Virus record (IMG/VR): IMGVR_UViG_3300037104_000796
Span: 98,359-162,358 of that record
DNA length: 64,000 bases
Source: a virus
Reading direction: 5' to 3' (one strand)
Below the pieces are notes generated by a model. That model was not told where the DNA came from and searched no databases. It worked only from the letters and a program-made list of their open reading frames with translations. A program made the translations under genes and the position numbers. Of this stretch, positions 29,416-38,714 are shown piece by piece. The first letter of the stretch is position 1. Every line of letters starts with the position of its first letter.

Positions 29416-30081
29416 TTATGATTCGTCAATTATTTTTTTCAAGTCTGATGCAGCAAGTTCAATGTTATTGTAAACATCAATAATCATATCAGAGTTAAAC
29501 ACTTTGCGTGTAAATTTTGAAGATTTAACACCTTGATCATGACCAGTATCGAATGCATCTACAATTGTTTTGTAAGTTGCTTCAAGAAGACCATCGTTAA
29601 CATTATCAGGAATCCCTGCACTTCTTAAAACATGTGTGTATTTTCTTTTAAAGTCCATAAGACTTACAAGGCGTACATATCCATCTGCACTTACGTATTT
29701 ATATTCAAAGGGTTTAACATTTAGTACTTGAGGACGATTATTTTTTGGGCATTCTTTGTAATAAGGATCGCCCCAATCATTTTTCCTATAAATCATCTTT
29801 TTAAGAAGACGCTCATATTCAATGATTTCTTTTGCAATTTTAACCGTGCCTCTTGCAGGGTCTTTAACTACCCATATAAGTTGTGCTTCGGCTGTGGATG
29901 CTGGAATTACAAATACGCGTTTAAACATAATTTTTTTAACCGATGATAAGAAAATATCGTTCCAATAGTTTGGAAGTATTTCTGATAAAGGCCCAAATAT
30001 GTTTTTACGGTTGATATATTTTCCGCTTACTTTTACAACGAAAGCTTCAACTTTCTTTTGATAATTCTGGTCTGTTAACAT
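29416..30081 (-). CDS. Hypothetical protein
   Basis: 221-aa ORF. Confidence 0.65.
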   Translation of the reverse strand: MLTDQNYQKKVEAFVVKVSGKYINRKNIFGPLSEILPNYWNDIFLSSVKKIMFKRVFVIPASTAEAQLIWVVKDPARGTVKIAKEIIEYERLLKKMIYRKNDWGDPYYKECPKNNRPQVLNVKPFEYKYVSADGYVRLVSLMDFKRKYTHVLRSAGIPDNVNDGLLEATYKTIVDAFDTGHDQGVKSSKFTRKVFNSDMIIDVYNNIELAASDLKKIIDES

Positions 30082-30298
30082 ATTCTTTGTTTTTAAAAAT
30101 TTCCATTACTATTTCTGTAGCACAGTCGAGACAAAATAAATTTTCTACTGTGCCCTTTTCATTTTTTAATAAATTTTGCTTAATTATCTTGCGACATTTA
30201 TGACATAAAAAAGCTCCACGACCACCATTGAATTTGATGATAGGCTTTAACTTTTTATTAGTCAAAGGGTTACATAATAATTTTTTTATCTTATACAT
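30047..30298 (-). CDS. Small Zn-finger protein
   Basis: KFNGGRGAFLCHKC...FCLDC. Confidence 0.6.
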   Translation of the reverse strand: MYKIKKLLCNPLTNKKLKPIIKFNGGRGAFLCHKCRKIIKQNLLKNEKGTVENLFCLDCATEIVMEIFKNKEYVNRPELSKES

Positions 30299-30662
30299 AA
30301 GATTCGAATTTATTTCCCTGCATGTCGTATCCTACCAATGTGATGCTATCTAAATAACATTTGTCTTGGTAGTCATTTTGTGGGTCATTAGGCACATTGT
30401 CATATGCGTTGGCCATTTCTTTATTGTATTCTTCAAGTATTTCATCATATTTCATTTCACTTTCCAAAACGGTTTTAAGATTTTGATAAAATTCAATTTG
30501 AGTTTTTATTTCACCAAGGTGCTTTTCATACTCTGAAAATGGAAAAGGCATTAAGAATTCTTGTGGGTGTTCGGTATCAGCATCTCCACCAGCAAACATT
30601 ACAAATATGTAAAAATTGTTGGCTCTGCTTTTTTCTTTAAGGGTAAATTTAATAGTTCTCAT
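30291..30662 (-). CDS. Hypothetical protein
   Basis: ORF with overlapping start/stop. Confidence 0.6.
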   Translation of the reverse strand: MRTIKFTLKEKSRANNFYIFVMFAGGDADTEHPQEFLMPFPFSEYEKHLGEIKTQIEFYQNLKTVLESEMKYDEILEEYNKEMANAYDNVPNDPQNDYQDKCYLDSITLVGYDMQGNKFESYV

Positions 30663-30964
30663 TTATATTCAAAATTTAATTCATCAATTTTTTTCCAAAA
30701 GCTTAAATCCCATTGTTTTTCAACGGCTTCTTTATCGGCAATAAGTGTTTGTCCATGTAACAATCCAAATACATTATCATGTCCAAGCCAATAAATTTCA
30801 TCACCTTCTCGAAAACTTTTTTTAAAAATAGTCCAAATTAATTTAGACGGATCTAAACGTTCTCTGTGATGTCCTGTTTTATCATAAAGAAAAAGAAGAT
30901 TACGATTTTCAATAATCTCTCTTTCTCGTTTCCAATGTTTAACGTAATGTACTATTCCGAACAT
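30659..30964 (-). CDS. Hypothetical protein
   Basis: ORF downstream of the early-type promoter at 30983. Confidence 0.6.
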   Translation of the reverse strand: MFGIVHYVKHWKREREIIENRNLLFLYDKTGHHRERLDPSKLIWTIFKKSFREGDEIYWLGHDNVFGLLHGQTLIADKEAVEKQWDLSFWKKIDELNFEYK

Positions 30965-30982
30965 ATTTTATTTTGTTTAATA

Positions 30983-31020
30983 CAATATAATCAATTTTCT
31001 TGACACTAAAAAATTTTATG
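30983..31020 (-). promoter_or_regulatory. Early-type promoter
   Basis: caatataatc...cttgacactaaaaaatttt. Confidence 0.6.
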
Positions 31021-31024
31021 CCAT

Positions 31025-31717
31025 TTATTTTTTATTTTTTTGTTTTGCTAATCGTATGTTTCTTTTATGTTCTTCTGTTCTTGGTGGTTTTTTCTTTCCA
31101 ATTAATTTTTTACTTAAATTGTCTTTATGCGTTTGTGATAGTGGCTTATCTTTTTTCGCATCTACCATTTTTTGACGAGATTCTTCAAAGATGTTATGTT
31201 TTTTTCCTTTTTGTTGTATTTGTTTCTGTTTTATATGTTCATTGTATTTTTGTGTTCCATCTTCAATACCATATTTTTCAATCCAAACATCCTTTAGTTT
31301 TCTTCCTTTCATTTTTGAAGGGAGTCCCTTTAAAGATTGACTTCTTAATTCACGCGTTATTTTCGATACAAATCTTCCTTGTTCAGATTTACTTATTTTA
31401 TCTTTTGTATCTTGAGAATGACAGCCATTAACACCGATACCACCCTTAGGACTAATATTATACCCATTTGGTGTTAACGTATTGTATTGAATGATATATT
31501 TTGATTGAGCATTAAATGCTTCTAATTTTGTATTAAATGTTTCTAAAATTATCTTTTTAAAATTTCTTCGAGTGTATTTTTTAATAGCAGCTTTTATTAA
31601 ATTTCCGCTACCTAAGTAATACCAGTGTTTATCGATATTATTTGTAACAGAATCACCAATATATTGTTTTCCGTTAACTAAATTCGTTGTTACGTAAACA
31701 TAAAAAACTTGTGCCAT
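31025..31717 (-). CDS. GIY-YIG homing endonuclease (NUMOD3 repeats)
   Basis: YVYVTTNLVNGKQYIG, YLGSG, PNGYN. Confidence 0.9.
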   Translation of the reverse strand: MAQVFYVYVTTNLVNGKQYIGDSVTNNIDKHWYYLGSGNLIKAAIKKYTRRNFKKIILETFNTKLEAFNAQSKYIIQYNTLTPNGYNISPKGGIGVNGCHSQDTKDKISKSEQGRFVSKITRELRSQSLKGLPSKMKGRKLKDVWIEKYGIEDGTQKYNEHIKQKQIQQKGKKHNIFEESRQKMVDAKKDKPLSQTHKDNLSKKLIGKKKPPRTEEHKRNIRLAKQKNKK

Positions 31718-31726
31718 ACTTTTTTA

Positions 31727-31754
31727 ATTATATATTCGTAGTAAGCACAAGTTT
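31727..31754 (-). promoter_or_regulatory. AAACT-N17-TATAAT promoter
   Basis: aaact tgtgcttactacgaata tataat. Confidence 0.6.
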
Positions 31755-31767
31755 TTACCTTAATCAA

Positions 31768-32016
31768 TTATTTTCCTTTATTGAGATCATAAGTTCTTGA
31801 TTTCGCTTTAAACGATAATCTGTTGAATTGAGCACGAGTAATTCGTACACCAACTGGCATAGTTCCTCTTGCAACATATACAAATCCTTCAATCAATTGA
31901 GCTGGATTCAATACTGAGTATGTAACGTCTGCTTCTTTAAGAAGATCGATTGCATTTTCTGGAAGAGTGTAATTGTCATCCAAAATAGGAACTGTTTCTA
32001 AACCTATTTCATTAAT
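31768..32016 (-). pseudogene. RNA ligase (DRB0094/Rnl5-like) catalytic subunit, C-terminal fragment detached by the inversion
   Basis: INEIGLETVPIL...IEGFVY...LSFKAKS (ligase motifs IV and V). Confidence 0.85.
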
Positions 32017-32025
32017 TAACTGAAC
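32017..32025 (+). repeat. Left 9-bp inverted repeat TAACTGAAC (inversion breakpoint)
   Basis: Reverse complement at 34046-34054. Confidence 0.9.
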
Positions 32026-32240
32026 CAGAACGTGAAGTTATCAAGGCTAAAATGGCTGAAATCTCTAAATTAAATACTCGTCCAGAATTCGAATTCCTTC
32101 GTGCTGTTAAATTTCACATCAAAACTCGTAGAATTTTAGGTGAAATATCATGTGGCATAGTATTTCCTATTTCAATCTTAAACAAAATTGGTAAAATATC
32201 TGAAAAGGACGGAAAACTTTTCTTGGAATTGGATATATAA
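32026..32240 (+). pseudogene. RNA ligase N-terminal (OB-like) subunit, second fragment
   Basis: PEREVIKAKMAE...PEFEFLRAVKFHIKTRRILGEISCGIVFP continues the 34319 ORF after flipping. Confidence 0.85.
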
Positions 32241-32252
32241 TATAAAAACATT

Positions 32253-33059
32253 ATGAATACTAGGAGAGGTTACATCTATGTGATACTAAATAAAATAAAT
32301 GGAAAGTATTACTATGGAAAAACTTTTAACATAAAAAACAGATGGAATAAACATATTTTTAATGCTAATAAAAAAATTAATAGACACCTTTATGACGCAA
32401 TGAATCATTATGGATATGAAAATTTTTCTATACATCAAATAAGTGAAATAATTGAAAATAAAGATATAATAACTAAAAAATTAAATGAATTAGAAACATC
32501 TTTTATATCATTAACAAATGCGCAAGACTCTAATTTTGGATATAATATGTCAAAAGGCGGTGATGGAGGATATTTAGGTGAAGAGGCCGTAGAAAAAATG
32601 GCTGCAAAAAAACGAGGAGTTGCATTATCTAAAGAACATAAAGATAATATTGGAAAAGGAAATAAAGGAAAAAATAAAGATAAACATCGAACTGAAGAAG
32701 AAAAACAACATTTAAGTAATTTGTACGAAGGAAAAACTTATGAAGAAATATACGGAGAAGAAACTGCAAAATTAAAAAAAGAACACGCCAGCAAAACCAT
32801 GAAAGGAAGAAAACGAAAACCTTTTTCAAAAAAATGGAAAGAAAATATCGGAAAGGCTTCGGCAGAACGTTTTAAAAAACAAAGAGAATTAAAAATATCA
32901 TCTATAGATACTGATGAAATAGAGAATTTATTAAAAAACAACATAAAGTCTAATGAAATACCAAATATATTTAAAGTTGATATACGCATGCTTAACTTTA
33001 TATTTATAAAAAAATATGGTATGACATTATACAAATATTCGCAAACAATGAAAAAATGA
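32253..33059 (+). CDS. GIY-YIG homing endonuclease
   Basis: GYIYVILNKINGKYYYGKT, GYNMSKGGDG; AAACT-N17-TATAAT at 32214-32241. Confidence 0.9.
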   Translation: MNTRRGYIYVILNKINGKYYYGKTFNIKNRWNKHIFNANKKINRHLYDAMNHYGYENFSIHQISEIIENKDIITKKLNELETSFISLTNAQDSNFGYNMSKGGDGGYLGEEAVEKMAAKKRGVALSKEHKDNIGKGNKGKNKDKHRTEEEKQHLSNLYEGKTYEEIYGEETAKLKKEHASKTMKGRKRKPFSKKWKENIGKASAERFKKQRELKISSIDTDEIENLLKNNIKSNEIPNIFKVDIRMLNFIFIKKYGMTLYKYSQTMKK

Positions 33060-33063
33060 AATC

Positions 33064-33480
33064 ATGAAAAAACTATCTTTATTACTAATTTTAATATCAC
33101 TGGGAATATTTTTTAATTCATGTAATAATAACAATCGTGAATTAAAAGCTTATATGAAAAAAGCTGCAATTGAATATGATGCAAAAATTAATCCCCTTAA
33201 AAAAGGAATGGATAGGACACAAAAAGATATTGATTCTTGCTTAAATTCTTGGACTGTTTATGATAACAATAAAGATATTCTTAATATGACTGAAAAAGAA
33301 TTTAAGAAATATACAATTATTAAAGAAGAAAGAGAAAAATTCGTAGATAATCTTTTCACAAAATTTGATAGTTTAAAACATGAAATTGAAAAAATATCTC
33401 CTGAGTATTTTTTAACAACCGAAGAAATAACGGAAATACATTATAAAGCAAAAGAGATGGTAAGACAATTATCAAAATAA
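33064..33480 (+). CDS. Lipoprotein
   Basis: FNSC lipobox. Confidence 0.7.
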   Translation: MKKLSLLLILISLGIFFNSCNNNNRELKAYMKKAAIEYDAKINPLKKGMDRTQKDIDSCLNSWTVYDNNKDILNMTEKEFKKYTIIKEEREKFVDNLFTKFDSLKHEIEKISPEYFLTTEEITEIHYKAKEMVRQLSK

Positions 33481-33487
33481 GTAAAAT

Positions 33488-34075
33488 ATGAAACAATTAA
33501 TAGAATTATACGACGGAGTCGATCTTACTGATATACTTGGTGTTATTCAGTATGTTGCGCCGGACCCAGCAATTATGGGTGGAGATGCTGCTGGAACTCT
33601 TACAGGTGTTGGTCTTCTTATTTCTGATGAAGAAAGATTGGAAAACCTTAATGCCAAATACGAAGTTATGAGATTATTTCAGTACTACAAAACTGAAAAA
33701 CTTGAAGGAACTTCTTTCACAGCATATTTAAAAGATGGAAAATTTGGAGTTTGCGGTCGTACTGTTGACTTCCAAGTTCCTGATGAAGATGATCCTTTTG
33801 AAGGATTGAACTCTTACTGGAAAACTGCAATAAGATTTGGTATGGAAGAAAAATTGAGAACTATTTGGGTTCTTTCGGATGATGAATCTGATCTTTTTGC
33901 TCATAAGTTAGATAACATTGCCATCCAAGGCGAACTCATTGGAGAAGGCATTCAGGGTAACATTTACAAACTTAAAGGACAAGTGGTTAAGTTTTACAAT
34001 GCTTTTTACATTGACAAACAAGAATATATGCCTTTCGATAAATTCGTTCAGTTACTTTTGACATTTGCTTGTTAA
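33488..34075 (+). pseudogene. RNA ligase catalytic subunit, N-terminal fragment (truncated by the inversion)
   Basis: DLTDILGV, DEERLENL, TEKLEGTS (motif I), IQGELIGEGIQGNIY. Confidence 0.85.
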
Positions 34076-34319
34076 GAGCTCTCCATTCTTCTTTCTTTTC
34101 AACAGTCAATCCATCAGGCATAATTGAGTCTGTCTCGACATATACGCATAAATCTCCGATCTTAAAATCCTTTTTCTTTACTACAACCCACCAGCCACGA
34201 ACTCTAGCGTGTTCAATATTATCAGCACCGACAATAGGCTTAATTTCTTCTATACGAGCGATAGTTGCTAATTTTCGAATATCAGCAGTTTCATTAGTTA
34301 AATTTATATTTTCTGTCAT
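33987..34319 (-). pseudogene. RNA ligase N-terminal subunit, first fragment
   Basis: RKLATIARIEEIKPIVGADNIE...GWWVVVKK..FKIGDLCVYVETDS (DRB0094-family N-terminus). Confidence 0.85.
34046..34054 (-). repeat. Right 9-bp inverted repeat (GTTCAGTTA)
   Basis: Reverse complement of 32017-32025. Confidence 0.9.
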
Positions 34320-35032
34320 ATCTTTTTGTGTTTGCAGTTATCACCATGAAATTGTTTATATGGGCTTGGCTGTGTTAATTTTCCGCACCATTCACATTGT
34401 ATTTTTGGAATATTTTTATGGGATTCACTTAATTTGCTAATAATTTTCTCTGTACGTTCGTAAGATGTATGGGCCGAATTTAGACTAATTTTATTTTTCC
34501 ATTCAATAAGTTTTTTATCAGCAATTTCTTTCCCGTATTTATCTACCCATATATTATATGCATTTGTGCCGAACATTCCGTTTTTTTCTCCAGAGGTTTT
34601 TTTATTTTGTTTTCTTGTAAAAGAAATTTTGTCAATCGATTCTTTTTTATGTTTTTTATCAAACATTGGATTTTTATCGCCATTATGATCAACATTTTCT
34701 TTTTGTTCTGGCGTCCATTTGTAACCTATGCATCCTCGACCTCCTAAATTAAGATTATATCCGCCTTCGCTTACATGAGAATGAAAATATTTTATCCAAA
34801 ATTGTTCTTTTTCACTCCAATCGATTAAGTCGATATATTCTATAATTCCCATTATAAAATTATCGGGTTTATATTTTTTAATTGCTGCATCTAATGTTTT
34901 ACTGCTCCCATAATATTTGTCTTTGTCAAATTCTTTATTTGAAGCGTGAAAGCCTACATAACATTTTTTGTTTATCATGTTTTTAATCATGTAAATAAAA
35001 TGATATTTATATGCGCTTTCTACATTAATCAT
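34316..35032 (-). CDS. GIY-YIG homing endonuclease
   Basis: FIYMIKNMINKKCYVG, YYGS, GYNL. Confidence 0.88.
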   Translation of the reverse strand: MINVESAYKYHFIYMIKNMINKKCYVGFHASNKEFDKDKYYGSSKTLDAAIKKYKPDNFIMGIIEYIDLIDWSEKEQFWIKYFHSHVSEGGYNLNLGGRGCIGYKWTPEQKENVDHNGDKNPMFDKKHKKESIDKISFTRKQNKKTSGEKNGMFGTNAYNIWVDKYGKEIADKKLIEWKNKISLNSAHTSYERTEKIISKLSESHKNIPKIQCEWCGKLTQPSPYKQFHGDNCKHKKI

Positions 35033-35247
35033 TTACTTTTTCTTCCATGTTTTTTAACAATAATGGTTCCTTCTAATTTATGCCAATCACGTTGACATAC
35101 GTTGTGTGTTCCACCAGACCAATCACCTTCGAGTTCAACTTGGTCAGGTTTGACTCGTAATCCAACGACTAAGAAAGTTTCATTCCCGTGATAAATATCC
35201 GGGTGACAAACTTGGTCGTATAATTCAATTTTATTTTTGTTTCCCAT
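35029..35247 (-). CDS. Small hypothetical protein
   Basis: ELEGDWSGGTHNVCQ; likely start MGNKNK. Confidence 0.55.
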   Translation of the reverse strand: MGNKNKIELYDQVCHPDIYHGNETFLVVGLRVKPDQVELEGDWSGGTHNVCQRDWHKLEGTIIVKKHGRKSK

Positions 35248-35509
35248 CGTCTTGGTAATATGCTTTGTAATTATATGGATCGTATATGTTTTTGGCTTTA
35301 ACATATTCCCAAGGACAAATACTCATTTCACTTTCCTGAGGACTTAATAATTTAAGTTTTGCACATTCAGCAGGAGGATTGTTTTTGATATTAATTACTG
35401 CGTAATCTACTTCGTATAAATACGAACCATCCATCCTTGATTTTCCTAATGCGTTAAATCTTGGATCGTTGATGGGCTTTTTAACTGAAATTACTGCGTT
35501 GTGATTCAT
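35231..35509 (-). CDS. Hypothetical protein
   Basis: ORF in operon. Confidence 0.55.
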   Translation of the reverse strand: MNHNAVISVKKPINDPRFNALGKSRMDGSYLYEVDYAVINIKNNPPAECAKLKLLSPQESEMSICPWEYVKAKNIYDPYNYKAYYQDDGKQK

Positions 35510-35510
35510 A

Positions 35511-35714
35511 TTAAATTTCGATTAGTGAGTTTTCCGGCAATTCAAAAAATGGGGTTTCATCGAGTTTGTCAGATACAGGAATTCCGTTGAATCCTATGCA
35601 TCCGTAGGTGTACCCACTGTAATAATAAACAGTCTCACCTTCTTTATATGTTCTTTCAAGCCACGGACATTCCTTCTTGGTAACATCTCGTGTAAGTCTG
35701 TATTTTCTCATCAT
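35511..35714 (-). CDS. Small hypothetical protein
   Basis: ECPWL, TYGCI, PFFELP. Confidence 0.6.
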   Translation of the reverse strand: MMRKYRLTRDVTKKECPWLERTYKEGETVYYYSGYTYGCIGFNGIPVSDKLDETPFFELPENSLIEI

Positions 35715-35956
35715 AATATTGTATCTATGTTAAGATTTTCAATCACATTGTCATCAATAATTTGAATGATTTCATTAATCTTTAACATATCAACTCCATC
35801 ATAACGTTCATAAGTCATAATAAGATCATTCTTATCTTTGCAGTATACTGGAAAATCATCCCAATCAAAAGTATCACATACTGAAATGATAAATTGACAT
35901 TTTTTTTCTTTTGCCGTTTTAATCCAGCGATCGACATCTTCTCTACCTACTGCCAT
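35711..35956 (-). CDS. Small hypothetical protein
   Basis: VCDTFDWDDFPVY. Confidence 0.6.
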   Translation of the reverse strand: MAVGREDVDRWIKTAKEKKCQFIISVCDTFDWDDFPVYCKDKNDLIMTYERYDGVDMLKINEIIQIIDDNVIENLNIDTIL

Positions 35957-35976
35957 GATTTTACGTATTAAAATCG

Positions 35977-36168
35977 TTATTTCTTTTTAGGATTGTTTAT
36001 TGACTCAATCTCTTTATTGATACGAGTTTTGTCACCTTCTGTTAAGGGTATCATCTTAGAAGTTGTTTTGCCATCAACTTTTTCTGGTTTTGTTCCTCTT
36101 AACAATTCTGCTTCTAATAAGCCTTTAGCACTTGCTCTTCTGTTTCTAATTCCTAATGCGCCTTTCAT
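35977..36168 (-). CDS. Small basic protein
   Basis: ORF in operon. Confidence 0.55.
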   Translation of the reverse strand: MKGALGIRNRRASAKGLLEAELLRGTKPEKVDGKTTSKMIPLTEGDKTRINKEIESINNPKKK

Positions 36169-36185
36169 ATTTTATGTTTTAGTGA

Positions 36186-36482
36186 TTAAAGTTCAATAAT
36201 TTCCCATTCATCTAATGGAACGTTTATAGTTTTATCAAAATTATATTGATCTTTATAGGCCGGAATTGGCGAATAAGGTTCAATTTTAAAATGCTTTATA
36301 AGAGCCTGTTCTCTTTTTGAAGTTCCTTTTGACCACTGCAATAAAACTCTTACACCGTGTTCAACCCATTTAAGTGAAGGCTTTTTATCATATATTTTTC
36401 CATTAATAGAAAAGTTTCCTGTTCCTCTTGATGGTGTAAAAAACAATCCAGTCGGTTTGTGTAAAATTTTGTAGACTTTCAT
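36186..36482 (-). CDS. Hypothetical protein (likely start MKVYKI)
   Basis: Follows the early-type promoter at 36501. Confidence 0.6.
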   Translation of the reverse strand: MKVYKILHKPTGLFFTPSRGTGNFSINGKIYDKKPSLKWVEHGVRVLLQWSKGTSKREQALIKHFKIEPYSPIPAYKDQYNFDKTINVPLDEWEIIEL

Positions 36483-36500
36483 ATTATAAGTTTTATAAAG

Positions 36501-36540
36501 CAAATATAAACAAAATACCTGACATAAAAAAATATTTATG
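36501..36540 (-). promoter_or_regulatory. Early-type promoter with TATATTTG box
   Basis: caaatata...cctgacataaaaaaatattt. Confidence 0.7.
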
Positions 36541-36549
36541 GACTTATTT

Positions 36550-36981
36550 TCAAATTATTCTAAACGTTTTGGTCTCGTTAACAGGCCAGAAATATTTTCC
36601 ATCATTAAATCCTTCGTCGCCTGGAAATTTAGGAAGATAGAATTCTTTGTCCTTTTCAATTAAGCGTGCACGCATGGCTCTATGAAAGTTTTTATCACCT
36701 ACCCACCACGGATCTTCATTTTGATGATCAACATCATATTTTATCATTGTGTTTTTGTACCCGCGTCTTACCCATTCGTCAATACAGCAATTTGTGTAAT
36801 ATTTAAGAGAATTGGTGTAGCCCACCCACATTTTAACTGCTGGGTGATTTTGCCATCTTGCCGGTTTTCCTTCAAGAATGTCGACGATTTGTCGAGCTTC
36901 AACTCGTTGTTTTCCTAAACGTTTCATATCCAAAGATTGTACACTTCGGATAAAATTAGGGTACGGAAGAAAAGTTTGCAT
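36550..36981 (-). CDS. Pyrimidine-dimer DNA glycosylase / DenV-related protein (MSMEG_6728-like)
   Basis: MQTFLPY, LDMKRLGKQRVEARQI, NHPAVKMW and EWVRRGYK motifs. Confidence 0.88.
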   Translation of the reverse strand: MQTFLPYPNFIRSVQSLDMKRLGKQRVEARQIVDILEGKPARWQNHPAVKMWVGYTNSLKYYTNCCIDEWVRRGYKNTMIKYDVDHQNEDPWWVGDKNFHRAMRARLIEKDKEFYLPKFPGDEGFNDGKYFWPVNETKTFRII

Positions 36982-37002
36982 TTAAGAGATGTTTTGTGTA
37001 AG

Positions 37003-37040
37003 CTAATATAATCAAAAAGCCTGATTTAAAAAAATCAGGC
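37003..37040 (-). promoter_or_regulatory. Early-type promoter overlapping a terminator hairpin
   Basis: ctaatataatc...gcctgattt-aaaa-aaatcaggc. Confidence 0.6.
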
Positions 37041-37064
37041 GTGTTAAATGTTTGTTAAAGAATG

Positions 37065-37508
37065 TTATAACAATTCTTGTGATCCGCCCCATGATTTTTT
37101 AAAATCACGATCATCACGATTAAAATCATCACCATTAAATTCTTCACCGGCTTCGTCGTTTGTATCTTCAGCAGATTCTTCATCATCTTCGTCTTCATCC
37201 TCGTCTTCCCAATCATCAGAACCTTCTCTTACCATTCCCCATTCATCTGAGAAATCAGTATAATCAACTTCCAATTCATCCAATATTTCTTCTACTTCAC
37301 CTGGGAAATATCCTTCTTCATCTTTATCACGATTTGTAAGTCCTGTTATTTCATTCCAATTAGTATCAATAAATGATGCCAAATCTGAGGGGCTAACATC
37401 GCCCAAATCTCTAATTTCGTATTCTCCTACAAATAGTTTTGCCCAATAATTTTGTACAAAATTCATTTTTGCAGCATCCGATATTTCATTTATAACTTTT
37501 GCTCTCAT
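37065..37508 (-). CDS. Highly acidic protein with IxE-type N-terminus
   Basis: MRAKVINE; D/E-rich tail. Confidence 0.6.
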   Translation of the reverse strand: MRAKVINEISDAAKMNFVQNYWAKLFVGEYEIRDLGDVSPSDLASFIDTNWNEITGLTNRDKDEEGYFPGEVEEILDELEVDYTDFSDEWGMVREGSDDWEDEDEDEDDEESAEDTNDEAGEEFNGDDFNRDDRDFKKSWGGSQELL

Positions 37509-37526
37509 ATCATTAATTTATTTTAA

Positions 37527-37871
37527 TTACACTACAAGAATTTCATCGTATGGTATGCCCAATTCATTGGCTACTTCAGCTATGATTTTTTCCCCTATCT
37601 TTCCAATTTCATCAGAATCGATATTGCCTAAGCCCTTTTCAACAACGTCAGGTTCCCAACCTTGTTCAACTACTTTCATCCACCAAATATTTCTGCAATC
37701 TTCAATAGTCTCTTCGTCATTTGAATCATTCCAAGGAAGATAATCTTTAAATACTTTTTCCATTTTTGCTTTCCATGCTCTATAAATTTGTGCATGATAT
37801 CTTTGATAAAAAGCACGAACTTTTTTGTCGGCTGAATATTCATCTAAAGCTTCTTTAACTAATTTTTTCAT
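37527..37871 (-). CDS. Small protein with LxE-type N-terminus
   Basis: MKKLVKEALDE. Confidence 0.6.
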   Translation of the reverse strand: MKKLVKEALDEYSADKKVRAFYQRYHAQIYRAWKAKMEKVFKDYLPWNDSNDEETIEDCRNIWWMKVVEQGWEPDVVEKGLGNIDSDEIGKIGEKIIAEVANELGIPYDEILVV

Positions 37872-38329
37872 ATCGATATTTTATTTTTAATTCCTCTTAA
37901 TTCGGGTTCTTTCCAAGTCATTTCCATTGCGTTGAAAATTTCTTCCTCATTTTCTCCTGCAATGAATTCGCGGGTTTCTCTATCATACAAGCCTTTTTGA
38001 TTTAAAAGCATTCCTTTGCGTTTTGCTTTGGCTCTCATTATGATGTTAAATTCCTGAGGTCCTGTTAAAAACAAAAGCATTGCACCAAAATTCTCAGGAT
38101 CAGTTCTGTAAATATCAACTTGTTCACCATCAATAGTGTAACGAGTAATATCTTTGCCTTTAACAAAAGCTACTTGGCCTGGAATCATTGGAACTTTTTC
38201 TCCCATATACACAACATCCAAGTCATGCAAATCCTCTTTTTTTCCACGTCTTGCAGAACCTGCAATGTAGAAATTATCATCTATTGATTTAAGATAATCA
38301 AAAATTTTGTGAGCTTTTTCTGCATTCAT
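37868..38329 (-). CDS. Minimal DNA polymerase X-family nucleotidyltransferase
   Basis: IAGSARRGK..HDLDVV, QVDI, LFLTGPQEFN, LNQKGLY and PELR motifs. Confidence 0.88.
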   Translation of the reverse strand: MNAEKAHKIFDYLKSIDDNFYIAGSARRGKKEDLHDLDVVYMGEKVPMIPGQVAFVKGKDITRYTIDGEQVDIYRTDPENFGAMLLFLTGPQEFNIIMRAKAKRKGMLLNQKGLYDRETREFIAGENEEEIFNAMEMTWKEPELRGIKNKISI

Positions 38330-38330
38330 C

Positions 38331-38714
38331 TTAAAATGATTTAGCGTTTTCTTTACCACAAATTAATTTTGCAATAATATATTCTTTGCTTAAAGAATCA
38401 GGAAGACCTTCTCCATCATCGTCGTTGAATTCAGTTTCAAAGAAATCTGCATAATCACCTAAATCTTCATAAGAAAGTTCTGTTTTAGGCGATTCCAGAA
38501 TTTCTTGAATTCCCGCATCGATATGTTCTAACATGTCTTCCAATGTCATATCATATGCATCTGGATTGAATTCATCACCCATAGCTGCAACTTCAGAACC
38601 ATCTGGTGTTGACATACAAAACATACTGTCATCATATTTATCGGGCTTTGGAATTGATTTTAGAATTTTATCTAAATCAGATTCATTTAAACTTTCTTTT
38701 ACTAATTTTTTCAT
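38331..38714 (-). CDS. Acidic protein with LxE-type N-terminus
   Basis: MKKLVKESLNE-SDLD. Confidence 0.6.
   Translation of the reverse strand: MKKLVKESLNESDLDKILKSIPKPDKYDDSMFCMSTPDGSEVAAMGDEFNPDAYDMTLEDMLEHIDAGIQEILESPKTELSYEDLGDYADFFETEFNDDDGEGLPDSLSKEYIIAKLICGKENAKSF

Larger units (their letters stand above)
32026..34045 (+). other. Inverted segment of about 2.0 kb
   Basis: Plus-strand genes amid minus-strand genes; flipping restores two ORFs in frame. Confidence 0.88.
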
